A DNA stretch of 64,000 nucleotides from positions 496,001-560,000 of the forward strand of contig VJWM01000118.1 in NCBI GenBank assembly GCA_010909165.1, written 5' to 3'. The position numbers and the translations under genes are program-made. This DNA comes from Anthoceros angustus. Its lineage: Eukaryota > Plantae > Anthocerotophyta. The stretch's first letter is position 1. Each line of letters opens with the position of its first letter. Of the stretch, positions 13,376-26,523 are shown piece after piece. The notes beneath the pieces are model-generated. The model worked only from the letters and a program-made list of their open reading frames with translations, made no database searches and was not told the DNA's origin.

Positions 13376-14634
13376 CCGAGCTAGCTCAAGTTATCTTCTC
13401 CCCAGGGCAATGTTACTCCAGATTGTGAGATCCGTGACGGCAAGTTACATCCAGCCCCAGCCTTCTCTGTAACAATGTAGCCTTCAACTGCCAGGTATGG
13501 CTTACGCTCTTGGCACCGTTCGGTGCAAGCGACGTTGTCGATACCTATCCCACAGTCCTGACAGGTTGTTTCAATTCTTCCTTCTTGAAGCCTCTGAGGC
13601 GGGAAATAATAAGGACATGTAACATGTTACCTGGCTCAAAGTTTGAACTTCGTGTGGCATAATAATGTCGTTGCACAGGGAAGTGCTATTTTCCGGCCGC
13701 CTATATTCAGCCGTCACGCTGACATGCCAGGAAGGCATTGTTTTGTAGCGACAGTCTTGCGGCCCTCGATATACACAAGCAAGGCGTCTCGCTGTACACG
13801 TGGCAGTTTTAGCAAGCCCGTCTACTTTCGAGAACGCGTCCGCAGCCCATTCAGTGTAGCGGGAGCGAGCTGGCCGGGATGTCCCGGTGCTTCCGCGTTT
13901 TGCGAAGCGGAGCTCGTTGGAGCATGGATTCATGATCTTTGTTCCCGAAAGCTGTGAGTGACCTCTGTGCAGCTCCCCCTGCGCACCCATCTGCTATTTT
14001 GCTGATTTCTGCCACACAGTCGCTGGAGTCTATCGTTTAGGGTGGATCCCAGCTGGTGATGGACTTGTGCACGATATTTTCCTCATCCCCATCTCTGCTG
14101 CTCCAGATTGAGGTCCTGCGGAGCTCGGCGTTTGCAAAGATCTGGCCACGCCCGTCTCAGGCAAGTGGGATGGGATTCTAATGGATCGGATGAGTTCATT
14201 TCCCATGTATTGCCTTTAGCTGAATCTCTTGCCAGGGACTGAAAAAAATGGACGGACCATTGGTATTGTGGTGCTGGAACCGGTGGAAGGGATAGGGATT
14301 TGCCTGGTTGTGTAGTTTAATCCGGAAGTGGTGGGAAGACGGCTCGTCTGGATCTTGAACACTTGATTTTGCACCTCGTTCTGCTTGTGTGTGGGTGGAT
14401 GGATCACTTCTTCCTGTGGAGAACATATATCTTTGAAGCTTATCGTTTGGGCTCTCTCTGCTTTTGTTACTTTGCAACCTGTCCAGCTTATAACTAAATT
14501 GAAGGCACTAGTGCAGAATCTTCGATGTGCAAAGCTTTAGAGTAATGTACTTACGCAAGTTGTGTGCTTTACTCGTATCCAGGTCGTAGCTTATCCTGAG
14601 ATCCCAGCTCCCGCTGTATGCGTGAGGAGAACCA

Positions 14635-17600
14635 ATGTCGGGAAGGTCTGGTGTGGATGGTGCTGGTTACGTGTTACCGCCGCCCACAGCGTTCCCTGAC
14701 CTAGCCCAGCCTGTACGTCCCCTCAGTGTGAGCAGCCCGTTTTATCCTCCTCAGCCATTTCCTCATTTACCTGTCTCTCAACCCTCTCCCTATGTGGTGT
14801 CTCCTCATCCTCAATTTGTTACCGTGTACCCTCTTCCTCCGGTGGAACAAGGTGGTCCAGGTGTATATCCTCCGAATGGCTTGCCTGCAGCTGTTGTGCA
14901 TCCCAATGTATATCCTCCATTGCCCCAACCTAGTACTGTCTTCTTCGTACCTCCTCACCCTAGCATTGTAAACTATAGTGCACCTGGCTCATATCCTCAA
15001 CCTAGTGTTCTGAGCTATGCACCGCCGGTTCCCTATATTGTGCCACCTGCTCCATATCCACCAGGTAGTATGAACTTTGTTCCTCCTGTTGTGCACCCTC
15101 CATCTGCTACTTTAAGCCCCGTATCGCCTGGCCCATACCAGGTTGCAGCACTTCCAAGTGGAGGCAGCACATATTCGTATGGGACTCAGACTTTACCCGA
15201 GGAATCCAGTTCTGAGTCTCAAGGAACCTTGCCAGATCGACACAGTACCAACGGTCAGGAACCTGAGAATGGATATGTTGTATCTGGAGGACTTCTTCCA
15301 CTCCCGGAACCACCAGCGGCAGCCATGGTGCCTCATTCAGGTAGCTAGCAAGAGCTTCCCAGTAGCATAAGGTTTGAATTTTAAAGCACCAGGTCACTCC
15401 CAGTTCAATTTGTTAATTCCCTTGTGGGACCAGAGTATGAGATGTCAGTCGGGTGATAGCAACCACGGCTGTGCAAAGTGCAATCACATGGGCTCCTGGT
15501 ACAGCGGATAGCTGCAGTTACTCCACCAGTCAAGAAAAGCTCCAGAAGAAGTTGTTTCAACTGATGTACCTGGATTCCTCGTTGTGTTATGTTTTCTCAC
15601 TAACACTGTTTGCTGTTATTATAGCATTGTCGACTGAGTATGTTGTGTAGTCTGGTGTACATGCCTTCCGGTAGAGCTGCCAACTGTCTGAGCTGGTGCT
15701 GGCTTGCAGCAGGTATGGCTACTGAGACTACAAATGGGGGCTCTGGTGGTCTTTGTCAAGTGGAGAGATTGATCCGTGCTCCACCTGGTATAGGATGTAG
15801 CAGGCGCACTGGTGGGAGCTTCAAGCAACAAAGTGAATTTGTCCTTCTTCATGGAACACTTGATGTATGGATATATGGGGCAACGTCTTTGCCAAATATG
15901 GATCTGGTGTCTGAGAGAGTCAGGCAGTGTTGCGTGATGTTCAGCACATGCCGTAAGCCAGTCAAGGCTGATTCAAAAGTTACAAGGTCTGCAACTGAGA
16001 AGCATCACAGGGCCAAAAGGATCACCAGTGATCCCTATGTATCAATTGTTATATGTGGCGCTAGGATGGCAAGGACTCGTGTGCTCACTAATGATTCCCG
16101 CCCTGAATGGAATGAGCATTTTTTTTTCACAGTGGCACATTTTACCGATGAAGTGGTGTTCAGAATTAAAGATGATGACATGTTTGGAGCTCAGCTTATT
16201 GGGGATGTCTATGTCCCAGCTTCTGATCTTTTGGATGGGAAGCGAGTGGAGCACAAGTATGATATCATCGGTGCTGGGGGGAAAGTAGTGAAGCAGGGTG
16301 CACGATTGCATCTTTCTATTCAATTCATTCCAGTTGAAAGGGATAATGCAGGGGACAGAGGCGTTCTGAGAACGTATTTCCCTCTCAGGAAGGGGTGCAG
16401 AACAGCCCTATACCAGGATGCACATGTGTATGATGGACACCTTCCTGCTATTCCACTGGAGAATGGCAAGTTTTATGAACATAGAAAGTGCTGGGAAGAA
16501 ATTTGTGCAGCTATATTGGGAGCAGAGCATTTCATCTACATAGTGGGCTGGTCGATCTACGACAAGGTTACCTTGCTTCGTGACAAGCCACCCCCTGGTA
16601 TGCCTGAAGGCTATCAGTTGACATTAGGAAATCTGTTGAAGAGGAAAAGTGCTGAGGGAGTGCGAGTGCTGCTGCTAGTCTGGGATGATAAGACTTCACA
16701 TAAGACCATGCTTATTAATACGGTATGGGATCTACACTCAACCGTTCGGTCTGTGCTTGTCCTACCTGTATAGGTCCCTCAATTCAATGGCGTTTTTCTG
16801 GGTGTGCATGACATGAGTGGCAGTTTGAATGTTGTGCATCACAACTTATCTTCAAAATTAAGATCCACTGATTGCTCAAACTTATTTTCATGCGAGCTGA
16901 TGACTGTGTCCATCTCTTTTGTTGCTAAACAGGAGGGTGTCATGCAAACTCATGATGAGGAAACCAAGAAGTTTTTCAAGCACACAGGTGTGACTTGCAG
17001 ATTGGCACCTCGGTACGCCTCGTCTAAGCTGAGCTGGTTTCGACAGAAGGTACTCTTTGATTCTCACTTTGTCCAGAGGATAGATACTGAATGGTCAGGT
17101 GCACATATGGTAAGTTCTGTTTCTTGAGGAACGAAGTTCCCGCTTTCATATGCTTCATGATGGTAGGTGGTGGGGACACTGTATACTCATCATCAAAAAA
17201 CCGTGCTACTAGACAGTCCAAGGGAGGGGGATGGGGCCAAGAGGCAATTAACCGCCTTTGTTGGTGGCCTGGACTTATGTGATGGTCGCTATGACACCCC
17301 AGAACATTCCCTGTTTAGATCTCTGCAGAACATGCACAAAGGCGATTACCACCAGCCCACATTCACGGTGAGGTTGTAGACCTTTTTCCAGGTTCCTTGA
17401 CTTGTGAGAAAACTTTAGTGGTTTGTAGTTTTCAGTTGTTCAGGTCTATGTGCAACAATTACATGTGGGCAGTCTGCATTGAGAATAATATGGTGGGCTA
17501 TCTTGTCAGTCTGGAGAAGATGCGGGAGGACCAAGACAGCCATGGCATGATTTACATTCCCGCATAGAGGGCCCAGCTGCTTATGACGTTCTCACCAATT

Positions 17601-19471
17601 TTGAGCAAAGGTGGAAGAAATCGAAGTGGCGAACAGGTGGTGGTGATTTAATTGAGATTCATCGAGTACCTTGGATGAACACGCCTGACAAGGCAGCCCC
17701 TTCTTCGGGTGACCCAGCTCTTTATGTTACTGGTGAGGGGGATCCAGAAACATGGAACGATCAGGTAATACAGACCTGATTTGGGATGTATGTCTTGCTG
17801 TCAAGCAGAGCGGCACGTCCAATAGTCTAGTAAAGCCTGTCTTGTACAGATCTTTCGATCTATTGATTCAGGCTCAGTGAAGGGATTCCCCAAGAAAGCT
17901 GATGAAGCTGAAGAGCAGGTATCTGTCAACCCTATTCATTCACCTGATCGCTGTGTCTTCAAGTTTTCAGTTGGGCAGAGGTCAAATGTATTGGAAGTTG
18001 ATGCCTAATCACATGTGTGTTATGTGCTCTCATTTTTGGAAACCGACATTCTCTGCAGCATCTCGTCTGCATGAAGAATATTCGTGTAGATGCAAGCATT
18101 CATGCAGCATACGTGGCAGCCATCCGACGTGCTGAACACTTCATTTACATTGAAAACCAGTACTTCATTGGATCTTCCTACCATTGGCCCAGTTACAAGA
18201 ATGCTGGTAAGGGTTTCTGGCCCCATGCCGACACTGTTGCTGGTAATGAGCTTTAAGCGATTCACTGCCAACTGTCTTAGAGCCCTATTGCATGGAACGT
18301 ATCAATTTTCTTTTTAAGTTCAAAGTTTCAGTGCATAAGTTGATGACTTTAATACTCCACTGGACTGCATGGTCTATTTTAATCTTCAGGTGCAGATCAT
18401 ACAATTCCTATGGAATTAGCTCTGAAGATAGCTAGCAAGATCATGGCCGGGGAAAGGTTTGCTGTCTATGTAGTGATTCCAATGTTCCCAGAAGGTGCTC
18501 CTGAAAGCCTATCCGTCCAGGAGATACTCTACTTCCAGGTCAGTGCCATGCTAGCTCAAGTTCAAGATAATTGTGGGTGCCGTGATACAGACCTAAAAAG
18601 GTGTGGTGGTCTGCTTTCAGTACCAAACTATGGAGATGATGTATCTCATTGTTGCTGATGCCTTAAGGCAAAAAGGTCTCCTTGGGGAGCAAAAGCCTCA
18701 AGATTATCTACTGTTCTTTTGCCTTGGCAACCGTGAAGAAAAGCCTCTGGATGAAAACGCCCAAATTCAGTCACCTGCTGATCTGCATCAGGTAATGTGT
18801 TTTATTCCTCATGCCTCCATGCTGTGGTCAGCGTGTGCTTTTAGTGTCAGAGGTCTCAGTTTGTCTATGGCTCTGCAGGCAGCAGCACAGCAAGCCAGAC
18901 GTTTCATGATTTACGTGCACTCTAAAGGCATGGTCGTGGATGATGAATACATCATTATCGGGTCAGCTAACATAAATCAGAGATCCATGGATGGATCAAG
19001 AGATACTGAGATAGCAATGGGCTCATATCAACCTGAATATACATGGTCGAAGAAACGGCACCATCCTCGTGGCCAGGTGAGGCTTATGAAGCACACTTGT
19101 GCTGGTCGTTTGGGTGCTGCATGGGGAAATGGAGAATAACTACTCATGGTTTTGTCATGCCGACCAATGACCAGGTATACGGGTTCAGGATGTCACTGTG
19201 GGCAGAACATACTGCGATGTTTGAAGACTGGTTTGCAGATCCTTCAAGTTTGGATACTGTTCGAAAGATGAAAGCACTCGGAGATGAGAATTGGGCCCAG
19301 TGGGCAAGTGACCGAGTGACTGAAATGAAGGCACACCTTCTCACATACCCCATTCAGGTGGAAGAAGATGGCACAGTGCATCCAATACCGGGGTGCGACA
19401 CCTTTCCAGATGTTGGAGGGAAGATTTTGGGAAGTAGCCAACAAGCTATGCCTGATGGCTTGACATGTTGA
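14635..19471 (+). CDS. PLDdelta: C2-domain phospholipase D (delta-like core); exons 14635-15340, 15710/15713-16722, 16933-17049, 17167-17367, 17510-17764, 17850-17918, 18059-18206, 18390-18538, 18621-18791, 18879-19076, 19175-19471 (~1106 aa)
   Basis: C2 domain (ITSDPYV, ARTRV), two HKD motifs ([19 protein letters not shown]), IYIENQYF; all introns GT-AG and phase-consistent. Joining of the Pro-rich exon 1 is inferred from phase match. Confidence 0.93.
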
Positions 19472-20010
19472 TGTCTGGGTTGAAGTAGGATGTGTCCTTA
19501 CCCCTGAGAACGTGTATTGTTGACCACTACATGCCAGCCGCTTGCCCATCTAGTCGACAACAAGCTCCCTGATGGCTTGACAAGCTGACGGATGGGCACA
19601 GGAAGCAAGTGCTCTCGCTGCCGATTGAGTGGGATGTTGACCTGTGGTTGCCAATTTCTGACCGTTTTAGGAAATTATTGGGTTTTCGTCATCTGCAGGT
19701 ACAGGATTTGTCGAACCTCTGGGATTGGGATGTGCGATTGTATGAGTATATAGTGCTGATGAGTGACGTGTAGTACATGTGGTGCATGCAGCAGTTCACA
19801 TTTGTAAAATCTGCTGCGTTGGAGAAGATCAATGTTGTCGTGCGCACACATGCTTTCACGGCCGATTGATTGTGCAGATAATCAGAAGCATATAACAAAG
19901 CCATTTCGCACATTCAAATTCTGGAGCATTGTGACAGGGCGTGGAAATGTATCTATTTACTATCTAGCCCGCCACCGTACAACGTAACGGACACCTCCAA
20001 ATGTACATAA

Positions 20011-21197
20011 CTAAGAATCGGCAGCGTCCAGTACTTCTTGCGCAGTAAGCTCCGGCACGACCCCAACACACTCGTCGTCACTGCTCATCGGTGCACTGCC
20101 CTCCCCGTTCTGTAAGGCCAGCCACAGAGATGCTGTCAGCTGGACAGCACAATTCGCAGCTACAAAAGCTGTACCGCTAATTAATAGAACATCGACACGA
20201 CAGTCATGAAACAGGTGAGAACAAATTGCACTTGCCTTGGTCATAAGAGACTGACTCTGCAAGTGAGAAGGCTGACAATTCAGGTCAATCATCCTGCCAA
20301 TTGGCTTCTCAGGAAAAGGAAAGAATTCCATGTCTTCATCCCCAACCGTGATAGCAACTGCTGGGGCATTACTATTGTTCCAATCACTCGCGCTGGGCCC
20401 CTTCTTCTCTTGAGCATGTTCGTGGTGATGGTGGTGGTGGTGATGGTGGTGGTGGTGGTGGTGTTCATTTCCTTGCTGTCTGTTGGCATCCTTCGGTGCC
20501 TCTGGGGTTTTAGCCACAGGCGCTCCAGCAGCAGCGAGACCTTTCTGAGAAGGAAGCTGCGGCATCCGTCAATAACACGATTAGACGACATACTGCCATC
20601 CAGCCTAGGAAAGACTCCCTGGAAACAGCATACAAACGGACAGATCGCCAACATACGACACACCGAAGGAAAGCAGACAGACTTACCTCCACCCTTTGCC
20701 CCATCAGAAGGTATCTTTCGTGAGTCTTTTTCCCTCCGATGTGTACATCCATGTCACATTGCAAGCATAAGGACGTTCCATCGATTCCACAGAAGAAAAA
20801 TGCTGCATGACCAGCAGAGACAGACAGAGATATCAGCATCCCGCAAGTCCACGACGCTTCTTGACCTCGCAAGAGACCTGCAGACAGGAAACCTAAACCA
20901 GCAACACCAGTCACCAGGCGCATTCTCGCAGATGTCACATCGTGGCACAGACCGAGCCTCTGCCAGCTGCACCCGCACATGTCTACTTGCAAGCTTATTG
21001 CAGCCATGCACCTGGCCCAAGAGCAACACTGAACCAACTTCAGCGACCCACGGTCGTCGGCATTGTCACACAAACCCCCAAGACTGCCACCACCACACAC
21101 AAACCTTATCATCACACTTCGGGCAGAGTGCAGCCTCATCAGCAGCGCAGAATAGTCGAGCCGGTGCTGCCTCGCAGACGTCACAGAGAGTCCTCAT
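20011..21197 (-). CDS. BBX19: Double B-box zinc finger protein (BBX18/19-like); exons 21197-21105, 21011-20915, 20802-20687, 20556-20236, 20109-20011
   Basis: [42 protein letters not shown]; second box [26 protein letters not shown]; RMIDLN motif; last intron would be GC-AG. Confidence 0.92.
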
Positions 21198-21462
21198 CTG
21201 TCAGCCTCCAACCTCCGATTCCAGGGCAAGAAGCACTCCGGCTCTCAACCGGACGAGACTAGCATAAACCAGCCCCGTCCACGGCACATCCTTCACTCCT
21301 ACACCTAACCAGCAGCAGAGATGGGGTCATACCAATCCCGATCAACCCAACATCGATCCCGCCGCACATTTTCTGCTTGGTGCCCTTGAAGAAATTGCCA
21401 TCTTCCTTGACAAACAGCCCGTGCACGGCCCTGTCGATAGCCCACAAGTACCCAAGTTTCAT
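21181..21462 (-). other. Candidate spliced upstream ORF overlapping the BBX start (exon 21462-21333, intron 21332-21198)
   Basis: Donor TTG|GTATGA; acceptor CTGACAG directly before the BBX ATG; gives a 48-aa peptide ending DEDSL* inside BBX exon 1. Confidence 0.4.
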
Positions 21463-22403
21463 CCCCCTAGCCTCCGCCCTGCTTCCTCTCCCTCCCTACG
21501 GTTCCATCCGGGGATCGGCCAGGCTCCTTACTCCTGAAACAAGATCCCAGCCACCCACACAGATTGGACAGCCCACAACAGAGAGTTCCAGGACGGACGA
21601 CACCAGCTCGATGAGGGCAAGGCCTCAGCGAGCCCGCAGACCAGCCAGCCAGCACATCAGCAAGGGCAAGACACGGAAATCGAACATGTCCCCCCCAAGG
21701 AGTGCAATGCATGTATCAACATCGCAATCCGGGATTGTTCCGCGGCGGGTGGGCCGGGGCAGGGCAGGCCAGCCCAGATCTCAAAGCCGCCCTCACGACT
21801 TGGGCGTGTCACGACCCACGCGTGATAGCCTGTAGGACAAAGAGTTGTTTTGGTCTTGTGGGGCGTGAAAAGGGACAGCTTTCCGAGCTCGCCTGTCTTT
21901 CTGTGGACCAAGGATTTGATTTCATTTGATTTTCCTCTGGCCGCGACCGAAATTCCACTGTGAGGCACACATCTGCCTTCGCTGCTGGTCCAAGCAGTCC
22001 GAATCTCTTGGGGTGCTGCAACTCCGCCATGTGGACAACAAGATATTTTGCAAAAGCCGCCCATAAATCGCGCTGGCCTGACGTGGCCCTGACCTCTTGG
22101 ATAAGTAGACCCACATCTCATGACGAATCGGATAGAAGGATAAGATTCTGCATCCAATGTCGGAGACTCGGAGTACCTTCCAGTCGCTCATCAGTGCTGG
22201 TCTGAGTAATACATAGATAGCATCGTCTTCGGTTTCTACAAGACTGGCTACGTCGAGTAGGTATGTACAAACAAGCAGGAATGCTGGCAGTTGGCGGAGA
22301 GAAGGAACGGGCAGAGCAAAATAATGACGGTCCTAATCAGGTACATAGGTGGATAGAAAGAGGATTCTCTTCTCACCCTTCTGTCCTGCAACTGCAGAAG
22401 GTT

Positions 22404-24329
22404 TCATGCCTGTTTTCTGTTGCCCTGAGGCTGCACGAAGTCGTGCCGCATCAAGTTGGCACGAAGTAGCATCGCCCTGGTGTCCCGCTGGAAGTCAGAG
22501 CCTGTTTGGAGAACTCGTTGGAAAGTTGCATTTCTTTGATCCGCGTGTCGGGCGTAGAGGATTTTGTTGTGAGAATCGATGCGGGCCTGGAAGCAACATC
22601 ATGTGCAGAACTTAAATGTCTGCGTGCAGGGTTTGTGGCAAAGTCAGATGCAAGTAAAAGTGGAAAGGATATGTGAGGGTTGTACCTGTATTTGGTTCTC
22701 CATGATCAAGGCTGCAAGTTCTTTCTCCAGTCCAGCCACACTTGTCTTGAATGCGCTTGCCATGGTGTTCAAATCTACGGAGATGAATGGGTTTGTGTAC
22801 TGAATAAGAGCTTTGTGCCGGATCTGTTCATACAGAGTCTCAACATGGTCGTGGAGATGAATATCCAGCAGAAGGTTTGGCTTCAACTTCTGCAGGTAGC
22901 TCAGACAGGAGGCATAACGGCTGCATTCGCACCGAAGCACAGCCCAGCATAGAAAGTCAGCCCCAGCAACATCCTCCGGGCACCCAGTTCATGTCCAGAA
23001 TTTCCACATTCCATTCCACAACTTTCCAGCAAGCATCGGCTGTGAATGATCAGGCAGCCAGAAAGAAAACATTGTCCCATTTCACTAACAGCATACCTGG
23101 CATAAAAGTCATTAATAAGCTCACGAATCTCTGGAACCAGCTCCAGAAAGTTTCGAAAATTGATGTTGTCAATCACTTTGCTCTGATGACACGGACCAAC
23201 AGAATGTGAGGTAACAAAAAAAAACAAGAAAAACAAAGCCAATTCAACTCAAAACTGACTGAAAGCGTGGACCCTCACCTTCAACTCAGCTCTGTCAAAA
23301 GAAGCAAGGGCACAAAGACCCCCATACGTCGCCACATCTTGCGAAGCTATGACCTCTGTGAAATTGTTTCCAAGATCAAAGTGTGTCTCGACAAACTGCA
23401 CGACATAAAAAAACCAAGGATGAAGAGACAAAACGTCTCAAGGTTTAGGGTTCAGGGTTTCGTTTCTAACAGACAGCAGAGCATTGCATGTGGAACCAGG
23501 GCAGAAAATACGACCTTTCGTGCAGCTAGCTTATATTTCTTGCTCTCAAGGTGTGCCAGGCCAGCAGCACAACGAAGCTTGGCCAACACCACGGAATCCT
23601 GGACGTCTGGTGTCTGGTCTGCCTTGGTCACATAGTTGGTGACATGGACGAACTGGCCCAGTTCAATACTGACCAGGATTACGTTCAAGCACATAGCAAC
23701 GATGTGCTTTGAAGTTGTGCAATAATCCCGTGTGCGCACATAATGCTTGAATGCCTGCTGCAAGTCCCCACGACTGTAATGAAAATCCCCCAGGTCATTG
23801 TAGCCCATGCGAATGCTCTCCTTTATAAGATTAGTCTGCAAGGAAGAGACTGTCGGTCAGGCTACAATTGACTTCCAAAGCTGCAGACATCCTCAGTCCA
23901 CTTGAACCCCTAAAAACAGGGTTAGTTGCCATCACCAGCCACAAAAGCCTCTGCTTACAGTAGACAAGGGCCACCACACACAGTGCTGAAGCACCTGCGG
24001 GAATGTGAGTTCACAGCAGCAAGAGCACAGCAACGAACCTTGTAGCCATTGAGTTCCACTTCAAGCCTCTCATACTTCTGGCTAGCTCGTCGGTCTACAG
24101 CCTCGAGCCACTCAAGATCCATGGCGTACGCGGGCCCTAACCGGCCACCAATTTTATCAACCACCTCCTTGAAAAGAGCCGTGTTTTCTCCCTTCTTGAT
24201 CTCGTCAAAGGCCATGCGCAGTGCCTCCAGCTCCAATTGTGGGGACTGACAATGATCGGCTATGAAGAGCAGCCGAGAAATTTTCGTATGGCCTGAATAC
24301 AGGCTTGCATAGCTATCTACGTCCATCAT
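22404..24329 (-). CDS. CSN1: COP9 signalosome subunit 1; exons 24329-24039, 23835-23515, 23395-23279, 23182-23097, 22920-22686, 22586-22404 (410 aa)
   Basis: [34 protein letters not shown] region [19 protein letters not shown]; six phase-consistent exons. Confidence 0.96.
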
Positions 24330-24750
24330 CTGAGACCTAGGCCGAGTCGCGAAGCCCTGCAGCGATGTTCCGTGCAGGATGGCCGTCTCTTGTAGCGGCT
24401 CAATGCTCTCGCTAGCGTTTGAGCTTAGTAGTTTACGTAGGGAGGTACCAATCTTCCCCTAAAACGATGTTGTATTAGGTTTATCAACTAGGAATTCAGA
24501 ATCAGGGTCATAGTATTAAATAATATAGGTAGTACGCCTGCCTAGTGTTGTCCGGGCAAAGCATTTGTAAGACCTTTTGACAAGGGATAAAAAATTCAGG
24601 TTAGAGATCCCATTCACCATCTATAGAAGAGTTGCATTCATGAAGTTACAATAAAGCCGAACAGAGAATAAGATTGAGGTTTTAGTTTCGTGAAGCATAT
24701 GTAATTTTGGTGAGTGTGGTCTATCCGTAAGAAGAACAGAGCAACCTCTT

Positions 24751-24975
24751 GAAGGGGTCTGTCAGTAAGAGGGCACTGCAGTCAATCCATTAAAGGACAT
24801 TTTGGTTGCATGTGTTCAAAGAAGACAAAGTTTATCCCTAAGAGCACAATTCGTACAATCTTTTAAGGGGTATGTCAGCAAGAGGGCACTATGATATGTC
24901 CATTAGAGAACATTTTGGTTGCATGTGTTCAAAGAAGACAAAGCTTTATTCGCAAAAGGACAATACATACAACTT
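24751..24975. repeat. ~113-bp tandem duplication (2 diverged copies), followed by a ~29-bp duplication at ~25029-25082
   Basis: cattttggttgcatgtgttcaaagaagacaaag and gtcag(t/c)aagagggcact each occur twice; ttgtctatggctagcta occurs twice. Confidence 0.8.
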
Positions 24976-25410
24976 ATTTGTAAGAGGACAGTCTGGTCGC
25001 ACGAGTTCAACAACATAAACGCAATGGTTTGTCTATGGCTAGCTAAACAAGGATGTCCTTGTCTATGGCTAGCTAGACAGGGGTGCCGGTAGCCAGAACC
25101 ACATCTTCTTTCTTTCATGTCCAAAATTGTCCTTGTTTTATCTGTAGCTAGCGAGAAAAGGGTGTTTTAAGCTATAACCAAATCCTTTTTCTTTCCTTTC
25201 TGCCCATTAGTATCGTCTCGGAATAGAGTCTTTTCAAGCATTTGCACTATCTTTGTCTCATGAGAGGGTCTTTTCATGCAAATGCACTATCTTTAGCTTT
25301 ATCACTTAGATTATTCAAATTAATTTTGTAATTCTACATCGTTGTTTCTAGAGTAAGTTGAAAAATATAACAGCATAGGGAGAAGAAGACAATAAGGGTA
25401 TCTTAAATTT

Positions 25411-26523
25411 ATGTTCAAACATCTCAAGGACCTTTTTCTCCCCGAAGATCCTTCTATAGCGGCTTCTCGGAGCTCTTTTCCCTAGCTGCTGTTGTGGCTC
25501 GGGGAGAGACCTCTCATCGGATCTCTCATGCCTTTATGCGGCTTCTCAGCCGTACTATTGCTCTCCAATGCCGCTCCCTTCACTAGAAGCACCTCAATCC
25601 CCTCTAATTTGGCATTACCACTCCAGGGGTTATGAGTCCATGGTGTCTAGAGTGAAGGCATGCCTCGACACCCACCTAGAGTGGGTGGTCTTATAGGTGG
25701 ATGTGGAGAACGCCCTCAATACCATCTCTAGAGATATCATCTTTGAGGAGCTCAGGGACGGTGGCAGTGTCTTGGGGAGCCTTATCCCTTAGGTGCTTCT
25801 ACGGGAGGTCCTTCAACCTCTACTATCAACACAAGAACGTGTCATCAGGATTTGCCGTCTCTATCTTGGAGTTGGCCATGGGTACGAGGCAGGGTGACCC
25901 TCTCAGCGGTGCTCTCTTCATCATCGCTTACTACAGGGCCCTATCCAGAGCTGCCTCCTCAACGCATAACTGTGTCTTCCCTTCGCTGACAGACGACTCT
26001 CACATCCTCGAGCCTAAGGACAAGGTCAAGGAGGCCTTCAAGCTCTTCTTTCATGAGCTTTCTTTGGTGGGCTTGAAGGTCAAGCTGTCCAAGTGCTGTG
26101 TTAAGTCTCTATGAGGGATCCCCCCTACTTTGCGATTCTTTGCTAGGGAGATAGCTTCGGCCCTCGGCCTGCGGATTTTGGGGGTCACCTTCGGTTCCCC
26201 TGACTTCATAAGGAGCTTCCTTGACCAGGCTCTCGCAAAAGAGCTCTCCCACATCGAGGACCTCCCTTTCCTGGAGGATGCACATGTGGCCTTTGGTATA
26301 CTTTCCTCCAGCTTTGCTAGGCGCCTTGGTTACCTCATCCGCACGTTGTCCCCGCCTTCAATCCTTTTGTCCTAGCTGGAGGGGTTTGAAAGGAAGATCA
26401 TGGACACTCTTGGTGATATCATGAGCCCCGGGGCTTCTGAGTTCCCTACAAGCAATCTTCCCCGCTGGCAAGCATCCCTGCTAGTGTGATTTGGAAGAAC
26501 AGGTCTACTGTCATTGGAGCTAT
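25411..26523 (+). mobile_element. Non-LTR retrotransposon, CRE/RLE-type, degenerate RT (5'-truncated), upstream part
   Basis: FKHLKDLF, VDVENALNTISR, GTRQGDPLSGALF, SLTDD (YxDD equivalent), GLKVKLSKC, GLRILGVTFGSPDF. Confidence 0.85.

Noticed and set aside
13571-14477. ORFs between ARFC1 and PLD
   Set aside because: Overlapping on both strands with no motifs; likely UTR or promoter sequence.
20206-21267. 353-aa plus-strand ORF and 224-aa ORF 20510..21184
   Set aside because: Antisense or alternative frames across BBX exons and introns.
24330-24460. Open frame upstream of the CSN1 ATG as an N-terminal extension
   Set aside because: No in-frame ATG before an upstream TAG; an extra upstream exon cannot be supported.
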